From NCBI GenBank assembly GCA_964016885.1, contig OZ024744.1:42408001-42472000 (forward strand): a stretch of DNA of 64,000 bases, read 5' to 3'. The stretch comes from Eledone cirrhosa (taxonomy: Eukaryota). The notes under the pieces were generated by a model. The model did no database searches. It was not told the DNA's origin and worked only from the letters and a program-made list of their open reading frames with translations. Below, one piece after another: positions 59,808 through 64,000 of the stretch; positions within the stretch are counted from its first letter, which is position 1, and every line of letters starts with the position of its first letter. A program made the position numbers and the translations under genes.

Positions 59808-60401
59808 TATGGTGGCTGCCAATTCGTTTTCGAGTACAGCCACTACTTTATATTCATGTAGGAGAACCCCCTACTGATGCACTGAACGAGTGTGACTTTT
59901 TAGTCCAGGCAGCGACTTGAAAACTCTGGTACAAACACTACGCTTGTGACAACTATTGACACATAGTGCTGGGCCCATGGTACCATATGACGAGAAGTGC
60001 AGAGAGATCTCCAGATATAAAGCAATGCCTGTGCCGTGAAGCTTTTATAGTGAGCAAATGCCAGTCCCACTCTCTTAACCAAGATGATATTTACCAAAAA
60101 GAACAAGTCAACATCATTGGATACCATCAGGGTTGCAGATGTTATATCAGAGTTTTCCTTCTCCTAGAATTCTGCCTTGACAAAGGCTAAGGGGTCATCT
60201 CTCCCGGTGATTTTGGATGGCCATTGACTCTTAAGAGCTGCTTTGCCTTTTGACAGGTTCTGTTTTTAGTCCTGCAGGATGTCCAAAGTCACCCTCCTCA
60301 CCAAGAAACCTTGGTGGGGTCGCCAGTTTAGTCGCCAACGACCCGACCATGGGACAGATTGTACTGGCATACATGTTACCAGTAGCACCATCTGGTGACC
60401 T

Positions 60402-60404
<3 letters not shown>
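59808..60404 (-). mobile_element. About 600-bp non-autonomous (internally deleted) RTE derivative
   Basis: 3' part encodes [20 protein letters not shown] and ends ...tactcgaaaacgaattggcagccaccat(TA)n like 55124-55160; 5' part has ctaggagaaggaaaactctg, which I recall as RTE 5'-UTR-like. Confidence 0.7.
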
Positions 60405-60499
<95 letters not shown>

Positions 60500-60671
60500 A
60501 ATAATTAATATATCTACCGACATATGTATACAGATGCATACCTACGCTAGCAGATATATATGTTTTGTCTTAGTAACTTTGTAGTTCTATGCAGGGGAAT
60601 GCAGAACAATTATATGAAAGACGTAAATAAATAAGAAAGTTATGAAAATTGACTTACTTACTAAAATTTCA

Positions 60672-60747
60672 CTCCAACTAATTAGTTTCTGTAAGGGGAT
60701 AAATACAATTATGTAATACTGTGGAGAAGCCTTACGTCATCAGGGAG
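60672..60747 (-). ncRNA. Type I hammerhead ribozyme with extended stem II
   Basis: ctcc-CTGATGA-c-gtaagg...ccttac-a-GAAA-ctaattag-TT-ggag. Confidence 0.8.
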
Positions 60748-61200
60748 TCTATTCTCAGCTAAGCCACCAGGCAATGCGGGGACACTGGAAGCTTATATAA
60801 CAATAATTCAGTGGATGGAAAAAAGCGAAAAAATCGAGCGGGGCTAGATTCTAAGCGCTGAAAAATTCGCTGCCTCCTTGGTCAAGTGGCAAATTCAAAA
60901 GGATTAATCACGTGACACTGAGGTTAACCAGCTTGGAGTGGGGGTGCTATTAAGACAGAGCCTAGCTACTACTATCAGTCACAGTAGTAATTTGGCAAAT
61001 TTTGCTCAACAAATAATTTGGAGTAGTATATAAAGAATTAATATATCTACCGACATATGTATACAGATGCATACCTACGCTAGCAGATATATATGTTTTG
61101 TCTTAGTAACTTTGTAGTTCTATGCAAGCGGATGCAGAACAATTATATGAAAGACGTAAATAAGAAAGTTATGAAAATTGACTTACTTACTAAAATTTCA

Positions 61201-61276
61201 CTCCAACTAATTAGTTTCTGTAAGGGGATAAATACAGTTATGTAATACTGTAGAGAAGCCTTACGTCATCAGGGAG
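61201..61276 (-). ncRNA. Type I hammerhead ribozyme with extended stem II
   Basis: Same motif, 529 nt from the previous copy; inner hairpin tacagt/actgta. Confidence 0.8.
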
Positions 61277-61433
61277 TCTATTCTCAGCTAAGCCACCAGG
61301 CAATGCGAGGACACTGATGACGTAAGGCTTCTCTACAGTATTACATAACTGTATTTATCCCCTTACAGAAAGTAATTAGTTGGAGTGAAATTTTAGTAAG
61401 TAAGTCAATTTTCATAACTTTCTTATTTACGTC

Positions 61434-61516
<83 letters not shown>

Positions 61517-61552
61517 TACATATATATATACTGTATATATACATATATATAT

Positions 61553-61662
<110 letters not shown>

Positions 61663-61777
61663 GACGTAAATAAGAAAGTTATGAAAATTGACTTACTTAC
61701 TAAAATATATATATAAGAGACGTAAAATAAGAAAATTTAAAAACATTTTTTTTTAAATTAACTTACTAAAATTTTCA

Positions 61778-61857
61778 CTCCAACTAATTAGTTTCTGCAA
61801 TGGGATAAAGACAGTTACGTAATGAACTGTTGAGAATTTCATTGCGTCATCAGGGAG
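61778..61857 (-). ncRNA. Type I hammerhead ribozyme (subfamily 2, inverted arm)
   Basis: ctcc-CTGATGA-c-gcaatg...cattgc-a-GAAA-ctaattag-TT-ggag. Confidence 0.8.
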
Positions 61858-62477
61858 GTCTATTCTCAACTAAGTCTCCAGGCAATGCGCGGACACTGGG
61901 GACTCATATAAAAATAATAATAATTCGGTAAATGGAACAGCTATCGGGGACTGGATCCCAAGCACTGAAAATCTCGCTGCCACTGGTCAAATGGCCGATT
62001 CTAAAGAATCAATCACGTGACACTAAGAGTGGGATGGTAAGATGACAGACGCCTACTAACACACCAAAATTTTAGTAGTGGTTTTGGCAGGTTTGCTCGA
62101 CAAATCAGTGATTTGGAGATAAATATAGATAATTTAATATATTTACTAACAAATGCGCACATTAGCGTACATCTGTGCGCATTTGTTAGTAAATATATTA
62201 AATTATCTATATTTATCTCCAAATCACTGATTTGTCGAGCAAACCTGCCAAAACCACTACTAAATTTTTGGTGTGTTAGTAGGCGTCTGTCATCTTACCA
62301 TCCCACTCTTAGTGTCACGTGATTGATTCTTTAGAATCGGCCATTTGACCAGTGGCAGCGAGATTTTCAGTGCTTGGAATCCAGTCCCCGATAGCTGTTC
62401 CATTTACCGAATTATTATTATTTTTATATGAGTCCCCAGTGTCCGCGCATTGCCTGGAGACTTAGCTGAGAATAGAC

Positions 62478-62557
62478 CTCCCTGATGACGCAATGAAATT
62501 CTCAACAGTTCATTACGTAACTGTCTTTGTCCCATTGCAGAAACTAATTAGTTGGAG
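62478..62557 (+). ncRNA. Type I hammerhead ribozyme (subfamily 2)
   Basis: ctcc-CTGATGA-c-gcaatg...cattgc-a-GAAA-ctaattag-TT-ggag. Confidence 0.82.
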
Positions 62558-62739
62558 TGAAAATTTTAGTAAGTAAGTTAATTTTTTTAAATGTTTATTA
62601 AAATTTTCTTATTTTACGTCTCTTATATTATTGTTCTGCATCCTCCTGCATTGAACCACCTAGGTACTATGACATAACCTGTGTATTTGCTGGCATTAGC
62701 GTACATCTGTGCGCATTTGTTAGTAAATATATTAAATTA

Positions 62740-62804
<65 letters not shown>

Positions 62805-62934
62805 TTGGGTTTGTTGGTTCCCCACTGGATAGAACTGGTCATTCTGTGTGGTCTGCCACGATGTAATGTTATGGGAAGCACTCAACGTAATGCAACCACC
62901 CGTCTTCGTTTATGTAGTTGGTGATGCGAATACG

Positions 62935-63352
62935 GAGTGACAAGCACTTTAACAAGAAACTAAAGTGGTTCAAGCAGATAAAACTAAATCAAGATACTTT
63001 AGATTACATCAATAGATATCCCGACAAATTTGACGGTATAAATATGGCCGACATCTCATTAACAGATGAATTCAACAACAACAACACAAATATATACGGC
63101 AACACTACGGTCGACTCTGATGAATTATCTGTATTACAACTGCCACCTAAGTATGCCACATTTAATAAGGTAAATATGATTAAATGCTTGTCAGAAATAG
63201 AAAAATCATTTACAAAATTACGTTGGAGCCTCAAAAACAAAAACAAAAGTAACAACATACGCACGCACACACACATATACAACACACATCCCAACAACAA
63301 CAGACACACAGACACAAACAACAATAACAACAACACACACATCAACAATAAT
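62935..63352 (+). mobile_element. Penelope-like family A N-terminal fragment
   Basis: DGINMADISLTDEFNNNNTNIYGNTT.D.DELSVLQLPPKYA matches 39174-39536. Confidence 0.8.
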
Positions 63353-64000
63353 ATATTCTTCCTCTTCTCAAGCAACTTCATAGTTTCCTCCGAGACTCTT
63401 CCCTTCTGCTCCCTCGGGCACACACCCTTATCCTTCCTCAAGCACTCCTTCAGTTTCCTTATCAGTGAGTCGTAGTCAGCGTCTATGCCGTCTCCTTGAT
63501 GCCAGTTTTCCTGCATGATGGCTTCCTGCAGCTGCGCCTCGTTGAAGACCCGGACGCGTTCTCCCTTCGACGCCAAATGCAGCGCCTTCTTCTCCCTCGT
63601 CCGGTCGATGACGACCTTCGCCCTCACCAGACGATCATCACTGCCAGTGTTGAATGGCGTTATGACGGAGACGTCCTGCAGTATGCGTCGCTTGTCGACC
63701 AGGATGTAGTCGATCTCGTTTCGGTGCTCAGAAGCCAGGTCCATCTCTTCTCCTCCTTCTTCCTGAATAGGCTGTTTCCAATGTAGAGCCATCTCGCCTC
63801 CGCCATGGTGACCAGACGCTCTCCTCTCTCATTTTGCTATCCTAGGCCGAATCTTCCGACATACTCTTCCCTTTGCCGTCCCTCTCGGAACTTTGCGTTG
63901 AAGTCTCCCATCACGACGGTGTAAGTGGACTTCACAGCTAGCACTTTGTCTAACTGGCGATAGAATTCTTCCACTTCATCGTCGTCACTGGCACTTGTGG
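63353..64000 (-). mobile_element. RTE-clade LINE APE-endonuclease fragment (GC-rich, runs off the window)
   Basis: PTSASDDDEVEEFY, VVMGDFNA, NEIDYILV, TGSDDRLVRA. Confidence 0.85.

Larger units (their letters stand above)
60501..61442 (-). mobile_element. Hammerhead-bearing non-coding ~530-bp repeat, subfamily 1: about 1.5 tandem units plus an inverted arm
   Basis: 60501-60785 is repeated at 61037-61313; HHRs at 60672-60747 (-), 61201-61276 (-) and 61314-61385 (+); (TA)n on both sides. Confidence 0.85.
61712..62742 (+). mobile_element. Hammerhead-bearing ~534-bp repeat, subfamily 2: terminally redundant unit (62161-62742) plus a ~450-bp inverted arm
   Basis: attagcgtacatctgtgcgcatttgttagt... 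occurs at 62161 and 62695; arms 61712-62161 and 62174-62627. Confidence 0.85.

Noticed and set aside
63004-63792. 262-aa ORF resembling a fusion protein
   Set aside because: It is an RTE APE fragment reading by chance into the antisense strand of a PLE fragment.

Overview
This is AT-rich, microsatellite-dense animal genomic DNA. The repeat content suggests a coleoid cephalopod such as Octopus, which is an inference from remembered SINE, RTE-tail and MITE motifs and not from a search. I found no supportable host protein-coding gene. The window is almost entirely decayed retroelements sitting in simple repeats: three R4/Dong-like restriction-endonuclease LINEs, two Tx1/L1-clade families, several RTE-clade LINEs (one family with a PHD-type finger inside the RT, one with C-terminal C2H2 fingers), a CR1/L2-type 3' end, and two kinds of Penelope-like element (PLE). 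There are also tRNA-derived SINEs and small DNA-transposon relics (hAT, piggyBac-like, Helitron). The ORF track misses an RNA-level signal: about 14 type I hammerhead-ribozyme (HHR) motifs from at least 5 sequence families, some with compensatory base changes or the U3-A8 core variant. The best candidate for an undescribed system is a non-coding ~530-nt HHR-bearing unit at 60.5-62.75 kb, present in two diverged subfamilies and arranged in tandem and as fold-backs, which resembles a retrozyme or non-autonomous PLE. Two other themes recur: strand-specific partitioning of microsatellite targets among LINE families, and fold-back palindromes at element ends. Coordinates were read by eye; element boundaries may be off by a few to tens of bases.
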